From positions 13,376 to 77,375 of IMG/VR virus record IMGVR_UViG_3300046311_000263: a stretch of DNA of 64,000 nucleotides, one strand, 5' to 3'. Below the pieces are notes generated by a model. That model had not been told where the DNA came from. It did no database searches and saw only the letters and a list, made by a program, of their open reading frames with translations. A program made the position numbers and the translations under genes. The DNA comes from a virus. Shown one piece after another: positions 10,553 through 19,747 of the stretch. The first letter of the stretch is position 1. The number at the start of each line of letters is the position of its first letter.

Positions 10553-12639
10553 TGGCAGTAAGTACAAGAGCACAAGTAATAACACGTCGTACGTATAATA
10601 GGCCTTTAAACGCTGAAGGTACAGTATTTGAAACGTGGGCGCAAACGGTAAATAGAGTTATACTGCACCAGACCTTTTTATGGGAAAGAGCAAAAACTGC
10701 TAATGTACTAGAAGGCATGCCGCTGCATGATGTTACTCCTGATTTACAAGAATGGGTATATCTTAATAGTACCGAAATTCAGGAACTAGAAGAATTACGA
10801 AAATTGCTGCTAGCACGTAAGTTAGCAGTAGCAGGTCGTACCCTATGGCTTGGTGGTACGGATATAGCGCGTCGCCGCGAAGCTAGTATGTTCAACTGTA
10901 GCTTTACTAACGTGGAAACGGTATATGACGCCGTTGATGTGTTCTGGCTACTATTGCAGGGGTGCGGTGTAGGCTTTAGGCCAGTTAGTGGTACTTTAAC
11001 TGGTTTTCGTAACTATATTCCAGAATTAGAAATTATTCGTAGTAATAATTCTACCAGTAAAGGTAGGGAAAATAACGAAGAAAACTGGGATGCCACAAAC
11101 AAGATATGGACCCTTAGCGTAGGCGACTCGGCTGAAGCATGGGCCAAAAGTATTGGAAAAATGCTAGCCGGCAAGTACCCAGCAAAGAAACTTATTCTGG
11201 ACTTTAGTCAGATTCGTAAGCCTGGAATACGTTTAAAAAATTATGGTTGGCTGAGTCAGGGCGACGTAGGCATGGCCAAAGCTTACACACAAGTATATGA
11301 TCTTCTAAACGCAAAAGCAGACTCCTTACTTACCGAAATAGACATTCTGGATATTATGAACCTATTAGGTACGGTGCTATCCACGCGCCGAAGTGCGCAA
11401 ATTGCCGTAATGGATGACTACAATGCTGCTGTATACGAATTTGCGGAAGCTAAGGTAGGTATCTGGGATAATGGTAAACAGCACCGTAGCCAGAGTAATA
11501 ATTCTATTATTTTCTGGAAGAAGCCTACTAAACGTGAACTTACTACTTGGTTCGAAAAGATAAATCGTGGCGGAAACGGAGAACCCGGTTTAATTAACGG
11601 ACAACAGCTTCGAGCTAGAGCTCCTTGGGCTCAAGGTATGAATCCTTGTGCAGAAATTCTATTACCCAATAAAGGGTTCTGTAATTTAGTAAGTATTGAC
11701 TTACTTAAATTTAAAGGAAACGTATTAGGATTACATGCTGCTGCTAGAATAGTTGCTAGAGCTAACTACAGACAGACGGTAGTGGATTTCCGAGACGGTA
11801 TTCTACAAGAAGCATGGCACCTTAATAATGAGCATCTACGCCTATGTGGTGTGTCTCTAATGAGCGTAGCTGGACGTACCGATATGCGTTCATATGAATA
11901 TCGTAGATTAGAAAGATCTGCTACAGCTGCTGCATATGAAATGGCGGATGAGCTAGGACTACCAAGGCCTAAAAACGTAACAGCGCTTAAGCCTGAGGGT
12001 ACTCAAAGTAAATGTTACGACGCGTATGAGGGAATGCACAAACCGCTAGGTAAATTCATTCTCAACAATGTGGCGTTCAGTAAATATGATCCTTTAGTAG
12101 AGCAGTTGCGTGCGGCTAACTATAATGTATTTAATCATCCATATGATGATTCAGCTACGTTAATTACATTCCCTGTTAAAAACGAGGGGGTCGATTTCGA
12201 CATTGTAAACGGTAAAGAAGTTAACAACGATACTGCTATACAACAGCTAGAAGTATATAAAATGCTAATGGATAGCTACTGTCAGCAAAACGTAAGTTGC
12301 ACTATAAGTTATAGTGTTGATGAAACTGAAGAAATTGTAGACTGGTTATACAGTAACTGGGATAGCTATGTTGCTGTAAGCTTCTTATTTAGAAATGATG
12401 CTAGCAAGACTGCGGCGGATTTAGGTTATCCATATCTGCCGCAAGAAGTGACTACTAAGGAAATCTATGAGGCTTATGTAGCCAAACTTCTACCTGTATA
12501 TATAGACGAGCAGTCTCCGCAACTAGAAGACAGTGTTATAATGGAATATAACGTAGTTGCTAAAGATAGTACGGAAGACGAGAATTTCTTTGAACTAAGC
12601 GATGCAGATTGCGCAACGGGCGCTTGCCCAGTAAGGTAA
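10552..12639 (+). CDS. nrdJ: Class II (adenosylcobalamin-dependent) ribonucleotide reductase
   Basis: RRTYNR, FNCSF, NPCAEI, KPEGT, C-terminal CATGACPVR; no small subunit nearby. Confidence 0.92.
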   Translation: MAVSTRAQVITRRTYNRPLNAEGTVFETWAQTVNRVILHQTFLWERAKTANVLEGMPLHDVTPDLQEWVYLNSTEIQELEELRKLLLARKLAVAGRTLWLGGTDIARRREASMFNCSFTNVETVYDAVDVFWLLLQGCGVGFRPVSGTLTGFRNYIPELEIIRSNNSTSKGRENNEENWDATNKIWTLSVGDSAEAWAKSIGKMLAGKYPAKKLILDFSQIRKPGIRLKNYGWLSQGDVGMAKAYTQVYDLLNAKADSLLTEIDILDIMNLLGTVLSTRRSAQIAVMDDYNAAVYEFAEAKVGIWDNGKQHRSQSNNSIIFWKKPTKRELTTWFEKINRGGNGEPGLINGQQLRARAPWAQGMNPCAEILLPNKGFCNLVSIDLLKFKGNVLGLHAAARIVARANYRQTVVDFRDGILQEAWHLNNEHLRLCGVSLMSVAGRTDMRSYEYRRLERSATAAAYEMADELGLPRPKNVTALKPEGTQSKCYDAYEGMHKPLGKFILNNVAFSKYDPLVEQLRAANYNVFNHPYDDSATLITFPVKNEGVDFDIVNGKEVNNDTAIQQLEVYKMLMDSYCQQNVSCTISYSVDETEEIVDWLYSNWDSYVAVSFLFRNDASKTAADLGYPYLPQEVTTKEIYEAYVAKLLPVYIDEQSPQLEDSVIMEYNVVAKDSTEDENFFELSDADCATGACPVR

Positions 12640-12643
12640 CGAA

Positions 12644-12958
12644 ATGGACGAAATTGAATCAATGATCAAGTCTAAAGGACTCAACGCCCCTAGGGTTACT
12701 CCTGCTGACATTGATGCGGCCATTACAACAGTAACGTATACTATGCTACCTAGTGGTAAAGTAATGGTATGCGAAATTACGCTACGTAATGGATTTACCG
12801 TTAGAGGAGAGGCCAGCACTGTTAGCCCCGAAAACTTTGATGAAGAAATAGGTAGAAGCATTTCGTTTAGGAACGCCAGAGATGCAATTTGGCAACTAGA
12901 AGGATACCTTCTTCAGGAAAGTCTGTACTTAGCTAAATTAAACAGCCGATACTCATAA
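12644..12958 (+). CDS. N4 gp49/Sf6 gp66-family protein
   Basis: LRNGFTVRGE, VSPENFDEEIG, IWQLEGYLL. Confidence 0.85.
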   Translation: MDEIESMIKSKGLNAPRVTPADIDAAITTVTYTMLPSGKVMVCEITLRNGFTVRGEASTVSPENFDEEIGRSISFRNARDAIWQLEGYLLQESLYLAKLNSRYS

Positions 12959-12960
12959 AG

Positions 12961-13000
12961 AAAAAAGCCCCTACAGCACTATACTGTAGGGGCTTTTTTT
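12961..13000. terminator. Bidirectional intrinsic terminator between early and late regions
   Basis: A6-GCCCCTACAG-loop-CTGTAGGGGC-T run between convergent genes. Confidence 0.9.
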
Positions 13001-13994
13001 ATTTTAAGAACTTATTAAGAAAATCTACGGTGGTTTCTTGAATAGGCTGAGAAGTCCAGGGGAAGGTTCCTCTATTACCGTGACTAGCTCCCTGTACAAC
13101 TCTACGAATAGCACATCTATTAACCGAATCAATAGCTTCTTTTAATAATTGACTTTGTCCCATAGGTACCGTACAATCTTGATCTCCGTGTAATATATAC
13201 ATAGGCGGAGGTACAAAAGTACCAACATAACTTATAGGATTAGCGCTTGTTATCTGTTCAGCACAGGTAGGGTCTAATAGACCTGCCTCGCAGCCTAATA
13301 CTCTAGATTCCGCGGAGGTAGCATCGTTATGATTACTTCCTCCAGTAGAGCAGCCTTGCAACTGTAGCTGACTATCCATTTCGTCAAACTTTGTAGGCCC
13401 ATACCAGGAAATTGCAGCCTGTACAGAACTGGAGACCCCACTATTACCTAAAGTAGTGTCCTCAAACTCTGGTACCACTCTAGCTGTAGCGGCTAAGGCG
13501 GCTAAGTGCCCACCGGCAGATGATCCGAAAGTAGCTATTCTAGTACCTTTTACATTTAAAGTACTTGCATTAAGTTTAATGTATCTAATAGCTGCTTTTA
13601 TGTCCTGTATTTGCGCAGGAAATACCGCTTCTCCGGATAATCTATAGTTAATAGAAGCTACCGCGTATCCGGCACATACTAAACGTTTTACCTGCTGAAT
13701 ATTGCTTTTATCTCCATTAGCCCAGCCTCCCCCATGAATCCATATTACTACTGGAGCAGGATTAACAGCTGGTCTGTATAGATCAAACTTATGAGCAAGA
13801 TTACCTGTAGTAGTATAAGATATGTCCTTTATAGCGTCTAAATCATGAATACAGTTAGGAGCTTCTGTAAATTCAGGTACCAGTATCACATTATCTTTTA
13901 GATTGGTTTGTACAGTAGGGCAACTAGAGGTCTGTGCTATAGCTATGTTTACTGTTAATAAACTAGCTATAAGATATAATAGTATCTTTTTCAT
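12999..13994 (-). CDS. Secreted alpha/beta-hydrolase (HSL-type esterase)
   Basis: Signal-peptide-like N-terminus, HGGG, GSSAG nucleophile, HGDQD, late His. Confidence 0.9.
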   Translation of the reverse strand: MKKILLYLIASLLTVNIAIAQTSSCPTVQTNLKDNVILVPEFTEAPNCIHDLDAIKDISYTTTGNLAHKFDLYRPAVNPAPVVIWIHGGGWANGDKSNIQQVKRLVCAGYAVASINYRLSGEAVFPAQIQDIKAAIRYIKLNASTLNVKGTRIATFGSSAGGHLAALAATARVVPEFEDTTLGNSGVSSSVQAAISWYGPTKFDEMDSQLQLQGCSTGGSNHNDATSAESRVLGCEAGLLDPTCAEQITSANPISYVGTFVPPPMYILHGDQDCTVPMGQSQLLKEAIDSVNRCAIRRVVQGASHGNRGTFPWTSQPIQETTVDFLNKFLK

Positions 13995-14003
13995 TAATAA
14001 CTT

Positions 14004-14699
14004 TCAATTGTTATACGCTAGAATTATTTCTTTACACATTCTACTACGTACAATGTCGGAATCTTCAAATTTTATAGTAGACACTCCAGCAATATGCTTT
14101 AATCTATCTACTGCGTCTTGTAGGCCAGATCCTGGAATATCGGCTTGGCTAGGATCGCCCGATAAAATAAACTTGCAGTTTTTACCTATACGGCTCAACA
14201 TCATCTTGAACTCTGTCTTAGTCATGTTCTGGCATTCATCGACTAACACTATACAATTGTCAAAAGTAGCTCCACGCATGTGTGTTAAGGGCCTAGGGTC
14301 TATACTCTTGCTCTTTAAACAATACTCATAAAAGCCTTTACCCAGAAACTTACTAAATATTGCGTCAAAAGGTTCTAAGTATGGTTCATACTTTTCTTCT
14401 ATAGTTCCTGGCAAGAAGCCCAGGCCTCGTCCAACTTCAACGTTAGGTCTGGTTAGTATTACTCTTTCAATTCGTTTATGATACAATTGATTAGCAGCAT
14501 AGTGAGTAGCTATGAAAGTCTTACCGGTACCAGCACTACCAATTCCAAAAATTATCTCGCTATCTTCAATAGCTTCCACGTATAGTTGTTGAGCATAATT
14601 TAGAGTAGTGATCTCTTTGAATTTATGCGCTACGTACTCTTCAGCCCTATTATCACTTTGCAATACTTTTCGTGACTTCTTACCAGAATTTACAGCCAT
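14004..14699 (-). CDS. phoH: PhoH-like ATPase
   Basis: GSAGTGKT, LGFLPG, MRGATF, DECQN, GDPSQAD. Confidence 0.95.
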   Translation of the reverse strand: MAVNSGKKSRKVLQSDNRAEEYVAHKFKEITTLNYAQQLYVEAIEDSEIIFGIGSAGTGKTFIATHYAANQLYHKRIERVILTRPNVEVGRGLGFLPGTIEEKYEPYLEPFDAIFSKFLGKGFYEYCLKSKSIDPRPLTHMRGATFDNCIVLVDECQNMTKTEFKMMLSRIGKNCKFILSGDPSQADIPGSGLQDAVDRLKHIAGVSTIKFEDSDIVRSRMCKEIILAYNN

Positions 14700-14712
14700 T
14701 AGAATCCTTATA

Positions 14713-16251
14713 TTACTTAATACTAAATTTAGAAACAGTATAATTACCAGCGTATTTTCTACCTTGTTTACCTTCTACATCTCTAACGTAACCTAAATCA
14801 TTACGACCTGTCAATGCTATAGATCCAGGTAAAGGTCTGAAAAACTCGTTAATGTTACTTATGCCTTCGGTATTGCCAGTGGCCGCGCTATGTGCTGCTT
14901 GAAGAGTAGTAACACTATTATATTGAGTACCTGCCCCCTGAGCCCCTACGTATCCAGGTACCCCTACTGAATCTAATATATTACCTCTAATCTTCCATCT
15001 AGCATCGTTTAGACTGCCTGTAGGTAGTCTGATGAATGCGCTGGATGTCCCTTTTACTATATTATTATCTATAAACGCAGTGGCTGTACCGGCTATAGTT
15101 CCGGTACTATACAGTCCTACAAACCCTCCCCAGCTAGTAGGGGATAAAGTAGAATCCCCTATACAAGTGTTATTATTAATATATACTGTACCAGCTATGG
15201 TTCCTGTACTTGGTGCCCAGGAAAATAGACCTGCGTAAGTATTAAACTTACTAGAATTATACTCAATATCAATAACAGTAGATACTGTTGCATTACCTGT
15301 ACCTCCATCTCCGGTAACTAAACGTACTAAAGGGTTCCCGTTTGAAGATTCAGCATTCCAATGATTGTATTTAATATTAATTCTACCAGTATCCGAAATA
15401 CCTGCTATACCTATCTGTATATTGCCGCTAGTTTCTCCATATAGATGATTTCTAAGAACGTTAACAGTACCGGAAACATCTCCTAGCATTATGCCTTGCT
15501 TTACTTGAACATTTCTACGAATATAGCACTGCTCAATATTTAATGTACCTGCAAATCCTGTACTGTTATAAAGCTGAATAGGGTCACCAATTGCGGATAC
15601 TTCATCAATACCGTTATTAACGCACATTGCACGTCTAATAGTTACAAACCCACCAGCGTGCAGAGACTGAGTAGCACTTGTACCTATAGCAATACCTTCG
15701 TCCTGCGTATTACTTACTAGAACGTCTTCTATAAGTAGGTTTGGCCTATATGCGGATATGCCAACCCTGGCATTATCTATTTTTGCGCGTTTAATAGTAG
15801 CACCTATCTGAGCCTGTGCACTAGTACCAATACTAACCGCGGAAGCCATGTCTCTAGCATTTACGATGCATACGTCTTCCACTGAACAACCAGTTCTACT
15901 AGAGTAATTGATTGCTCCTTGTAGGGTTTCGCCTGTTGCATCAATAGTCCACATTCCTTCGTGAACACCTGGAGATCTAACAACTTTGTACGTACTAGTT
16001 ATATTTGGGTACTTCCAATAAGGTATAGTTAACATTAAAATATTATCAGCTAACCCATACCCCCTGTATATCAGATTGTTGGCAGGTAGTACCAATCTAC
16101 CAAATACTGTAGTACCATTTCTAACATTTATTATATCATTAGCTACAACAGCATTACCACCAGTCATACCCGGTACAGTACGCCACGGATCTTGTTGTGT
16201 ACCTGTCCCTGCGTCGGACCCAGTTACAGGATTTACCCAGTATTCACTCAT
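14713..16251 (-). CDS. Right-handed beta-helix protein, putative depolymerase/spike
   Basis: YWVNPVTGSD N-terminus, Asn/Gly-rich beta-helix repeats. Confidence 0.7.
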   Translation of the reverse strand: MSEYWVNPVTGSDAGTGTQQDPWRTVPGMTGGNAVVANDIINVRNGTTVFGRLVLPANNLIYRGYGLADNILMLTIPYWKYPNITSTYKVVRSPGVHEGMWTIDATGETLQGAINYSSRTGCSVEDVCIVNARDMASAVSIGTSAQAQIGATIKRAKIDNARVGISAYRPNLLIEDVLVSNTQDEGIAIGTSATQSLHAGGFVTIRRAMCVNNGIDEVSAIGDPIQLYNSTGFAGTLNIEQCYIRRNVQVKQGIMLGDVSGTVNVLRNHLYGETSGNIQIGIAGISDTGRINIKYNHWNAESSNGNPLVRLVTGDGGTGNATVSTVIDIEYNSSKFNTYAGLFSWAPSTGTIAGTVYINNNTCIGDSTLSPTSWGGFVGLYSTGTIAGTATAFIDNNIVKGTSSAFIRLPTGSLNDARWKIRGNILDSVGVPGYVGAQGAGTQYNSVTTLQAAHSAATGNTEGISNINEFFRPLPGSIALTGRNDLGYVRDVEGKQGRKYAGNYTVSKFSIK

Positions 16252-16252
16252 A

Positions 16253-16741
16253 TTATCCTACCAGTATATTAACAGTTTGTACACCGCTAAGAACTACGTG
16301 GCATCCAATAGCTAAGGCACGTTTCCAGGCAAACTCAACTCTACCTAGAACTAAGGTAGTAGTAGGTACAACGATAGTCCCGGCCGCACTAGTGTTATCG
16401 TAAATAGTTATAGTAGGAGAAGCAGTAACGGCAATACAATCATATCCAGCTAATTCACACGGACCTGTAAATACAGTACCTGTAGCTGTTCTATTAACAT
16501 AGGGGGTGGATTCGGCTAATGCTAATAATTGATTATTAGCATATAGCCCACCGTTATATGGATTATACTGTACAGGGAAAAATACCTGAATTCCGTCCTT
16601 ATACTTGGCTAATCCCGCTCCTACTAACGCATCTAGTTCTGGTATTTCGTTATCTGATACTACCTCGGTAAGTCCTGGTAGTGTATATCCTACAGTAGTT
16701 ATAGTAGATAAAGTTAAATTTTGATAACTAAATTGGCTCAT
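16253..16741 (-). CDS. Hypothetical virion-associated protein
   Basis: 162-aa ORF in late operon, beta-rich C-terminus. Confidence 0.65.
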   Translation of the reverse strand: MSQFSYQNLTLSTITTVGYTLPGLTEVVSDNEIPELDALVGAGLAKYKDGIQVFFPVQYNPYNGGLYANNQLLALAESTPYVNRTATGTVFTGPCELAGYDCIAVTASPTITIYDNTSAAGTIVVPTTTLVLGRVEFAWKRALAIGCHVVLSGVQTVNILVG

Positions 16742-17082
16742 ACTTTTCTTTCAAAATGAGGAACATCTTTAAAAGACTTCCAAAACCCACCCCAATCATT
16801 CTTGGAGTCTAAAGATACCCAATAATCTCCTAGAGGTTTTAATATAGTTGTATCATATATTAAAGTACCATTTAGAAAGAAATTCAAATCAATTGCGCAT
16901 CTACGTAAATGATTACTATTCATAGTCTTGCTTCTGCCAGACTTAACATATATTTGCTGCTGTTCTGTAGTGCGGAATAGCTCTCCACCTGTTACTACAA
17001 AACCAAGCTCTTCTGCTTTAAAAATTAACTTACATACATCTAGTAAGAATTTAGATTGTGCTTGCACTAAGGAACTATACAT
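16738..17082 (-). CDS. Endolysin, M15-family L-Ala-D-Glu peptidase
   Basis: SNHL..CAID, WGG, DVPHFE zinc-peptidase motifs. Confidence 0.9.
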   Translation of the reverse strand: MYSSLVQAQSKFLLDVCKLIFKAEELGFVVTGGELFRTTEQQQIYVKSGRSKTMNSNHLRRCAIDLNFFLNGTLIYDTTILKPLGDYWVSLDSKNDWGGFWKSFKDVPHFERKV

Positions 17083-17611
17083 TTTGTTGTCCTTTTATAG
17101 CATTTGCTAAGGAAGCATCTTTATCTCTAGAGCCCTTACTGCTGCCAAAGAAATAGTTGATTATAGTGGCTACAATGCTGCCTAGCAAGAATCCTAGTAT
17201 AGTATCTACAAATCTAACATTGGTAGGAGGTATAGTCACCAAGGTAATAACGGTTATATAAACTATTGAAAATAGACTCCATCCACCTGCTAAGTAGTAA
17301 ACAAAACGTTTACTAAATTTATCGTCTTGCGCCAGCGCTGCTTTTTGCATGTCTCTAGCATTGGCTGTATTACTGTGTTCTAGCTTTACTTCTTCTAACT
17401 CTTGAGAACGTCGTTCAATAGCATATTTTTGCAAAGTCTCTTCGTGATGCATTTCTAGCTGAGCAAGCTTAATCTTACCTTCCTCAGAGCCCATTAATTT
17501 AGTAATATCTACTCCGATTTTTTCTTCAATGAAGTCTTTACCTTTTGTTGCTACCGCATTTCCTAATATACCTAGGCCGGCATTTAATAAAGTTGCTACT
17601 ATTGGAAGCAT
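17075..17611 (-). CDS. Holin-like membrane protein
   Basis: C-terminal TM helices, YFFGSS motif, adjacent to endolysin. Confidence 0.7.
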   Translation of the reverse strand: MLPIVATLLNAGLGILGNAVATKGKDFIEEKIGVDITKLMGSEEGKIKLAQLEMHHEETLQKYAIERRSQELEEVKLEHSNTANARDMQKAALAQDDKFSKRFVYYLAGGWSLFSIVYITVITLVTIPPTNVRFVDTILGFLLGSIVATIINYFFGSSKGSRDKDASLANAIKGQQNV

Positions 17612-17612
17612 A

Positions 17613-18071
17613 TTATTTTAATCCTAAAAATTTAGCTATAGTCAATAGCTTAGACACAAACGAATGCTGCCATACAGCGGTAGCTACTTCGGATGCAGAA
17701 GGGCCTGTACTTCCAGAAGTAGAGATACCCTGCGCTAATACTGGTACGGTAAGCTGTACCAGTACGTTAAAATTGCCTAAAGTAGATACCACGGGGGAAC
17801 CTCCGCCATCTACGAATAGGTTACCAGTTATTACCAGTAAGTGGTTAGCCTCCATAGGTCTTACCCTCCATCCATTTAATAAAAATATGTATGGAGGAAT
17901 AAGAAGGCCGCTACCTAGGTCATCTCCACCTACCTGCTTAAGTGCAGGTAGGTATTTGCTATTATCTGATACAACCAGCCAATCTATCCAGCTGGACCAT
18001 ATTTCGGTCGTAGAGGTAGTAGTAGAGTCTAATATTATTACCTTATTAACTGGATCAAATGAGATCGCCAT
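17613..18071 (-). CDS. Hypothetical structural protein
   Basis: 152-aa ORF in tail cluster. Confidence 0.7.
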   Translation of the reverse strand: MAISFDPVNKVIILDSTTTSTTEIWSSWIDWLVVSDNSKYLPALKQVGGDDLGSGLLIPPYIFLLNGWRVRPMEANHLLVITGNLFVDGGGSPVVSTLGNFNVLVQLTVPVLAQGISTSGSTGPSASEVATAVWQHSFVSKLLTIAKFLGLK

Positions 18072-18103
18072 AATGACCCTTTATTTAGTAATAGTACCAT
18101 CGC

Positions 18104-19738
18104 TTAAGCGTATACTCTATCTGCTTCGGCTACTAATGATAATGAAATAGCCTTACTACGAGTAAGAGTACCTGTAGCCGCCACGAATTTTCCAGTACCT
18201 GGACGTACACCTATTAATGTAACGGGTCTATCTGTACCTCCGGCAAAGCCTCCCTGAGTATTACCATCATAGTCATAATCAAACGAAATTGAAGATGTAG
18301 AGATAGTACCAGTAATAGGACTACCCGAAGCATTATTCACAGTAATAGCTCCTGACTCGCCATAATCGTTACCGGCACCAGGAGGTGTAGTAAACATTAG
18401 TCTATAGCTAGATCCAGCCCCTACTAATGGGGCGTTAAATGTAATTACACCTGCCGCAGCATATGGGTAATTACGAGCCGTGGTAGTATTATCATAAGAA
18501 GCAAAACTATTAGTATCCGCAGTACGGTATCCTAATATAGTAACTCCGGCACCTCCTCCGTTAGGGTTTACTGGAGAGTAAAAGCCTGCTTTTAGGTCAG
18601 ATCCAACAAAGTTAAGTAGAATAGAAGCAGTCTTGCCAGTAACACTGCCTGCAGAAGCTAATCCATTAATGTTAGTAGCTTGTCTTAATAGATACTGTAT
18701 CTTAGTATAAATTTGCTGCAAAGTAGCACTAATAGGTGTAGCTCTTTGTAAAGTAAAACTTAGGTTAGAAGCTGAACCTGTCACTGCTACTGTTGTAGTT
18801 ATACTAGTACTTGTAGGTGTTCCAGAAATACTGTATACTCCCTTACCGGCACCTTCGTGTACTATTAAAGTACCCCCTGCATAAGTGGCTCCAACTATAC
18901 CTGCAGCTGCAGTTGTAAAAGTTGTAGTACCGTTAGATACTCCATCTACCCCTGAATGTGTACCTACATCTACTACTATACCAAAATCTCTGGCAGACCC
19001 AGCAGTATCAATATCCTTACTAAATGTAGTTGGAAAATACTTAACATTTATTTCGCTATAAGGAGAAGCTGTGATACCCGCGTCGTTTGAAGTTATATCT
19101 AGATCAGATTCGTTTGATAGTAGTAAATTAACTAAGTTAGCCCCTGTAGAGGTTTTACCAGTATCAGCAAGAACTGAATCTTTATACTTGTAATTATACT
19201 CTCTTACAAATCCTTTAAAATAAGTTCTATTATCAAAAGTAGAAGTAGTACCATCCGCTGCAGCGTCCCCGTATACTTGAATACCTTCATTACATTGATC
19301 TGTGAAGGTAAAATTAGTAGGGGAGTCTGAGGAAGTACGCTGCCAATATAGCTGGGCTCCAGAAGATACAGATCCTAGTCCTACTATACCTACGTATTGT
19401 CTAGCTAAAGTACCTGACGAATTAAACTCTGACCATCCGCCATCTCTAAGTCTTTGTCGAGTAGTATCGTTAGCAGGTTTCCACCCACTAAAAGTGTTTC
19501 CGTCTGTACCAAACTGAAACTGACCCGATAACGCGTCGATAGCGTACATAGGGAAAGGGCTATCTTGATAAGTAGACGTAGCCCATAATTCTACAAATTT
19601 ACTATATAGAGCTTGTAGTGTGACTCCATCCTTAGCTACTAAGTTACCTGCAACGTTTAATGTAAAAGTTTTGGCAGTTTCGTCAATAGTAAGTTCCGTA
19701 CCTACGTTTAAACTAGCCCTGGAAGTGATTTTTGCCAT
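18104..19738 (-). CDS. Putative structural protein
   Basis: 544 aa, Thr/Gly/Ser-rich beta protein. Confidence 0.7.
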   Translation of the reverse strand: MAKITSRASLNVGTELTIDETAKTFTLNVAGNLVAKDGVTLQALYSKFVELWATSTYQDSPFPMYAIDALSGQFQFGTDGNTFSGWKPANDTTRQRLRDGGWSEFNSSGTLARQYVGIVGLGSVSSGAQLYWQRTSSDSPTNFTFTDQCNEGIQVYGDAAADGTTSTFDNRTYFKGFVREYNYKYKDSVLADTGKTSTGANLVNLLLSNESDLDITSNDAGITASPYSEINVKYFPTTFSKDIDTAGSARDFGIVVDVGTHSGVDGVSNGTTTFTTAAAGIVGATYAGGTLIVHEGAGKGVYSISGTPTSTSITTTVAVTGSASNLSFTLQRATPISATLQQIYTKIQYLLRQATNINGLASAGSVTGKTASILLNFVGSDLKAGFYSPVNPNGGGAGVTILGYRTADTNSFASYDNTTTARNYPYAAAGVITFNAPLVGAGSSYRLMFTTPPGAGNDYGESGAITVNNASGSPITGTISTSSISFDYDYDGNTQGGFAGGTDRPVTLIGVRPGTGKFVAATGTLTRSKAISLSLVAEADRVYA

Positions 19739-19747
19739 AGCAAATCC

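Noticed and set aside
1-12639. Introns or inteins in pol, helicase or nrdJ
   Set aside because: Frames are continuous and of normal length with no splice motifs
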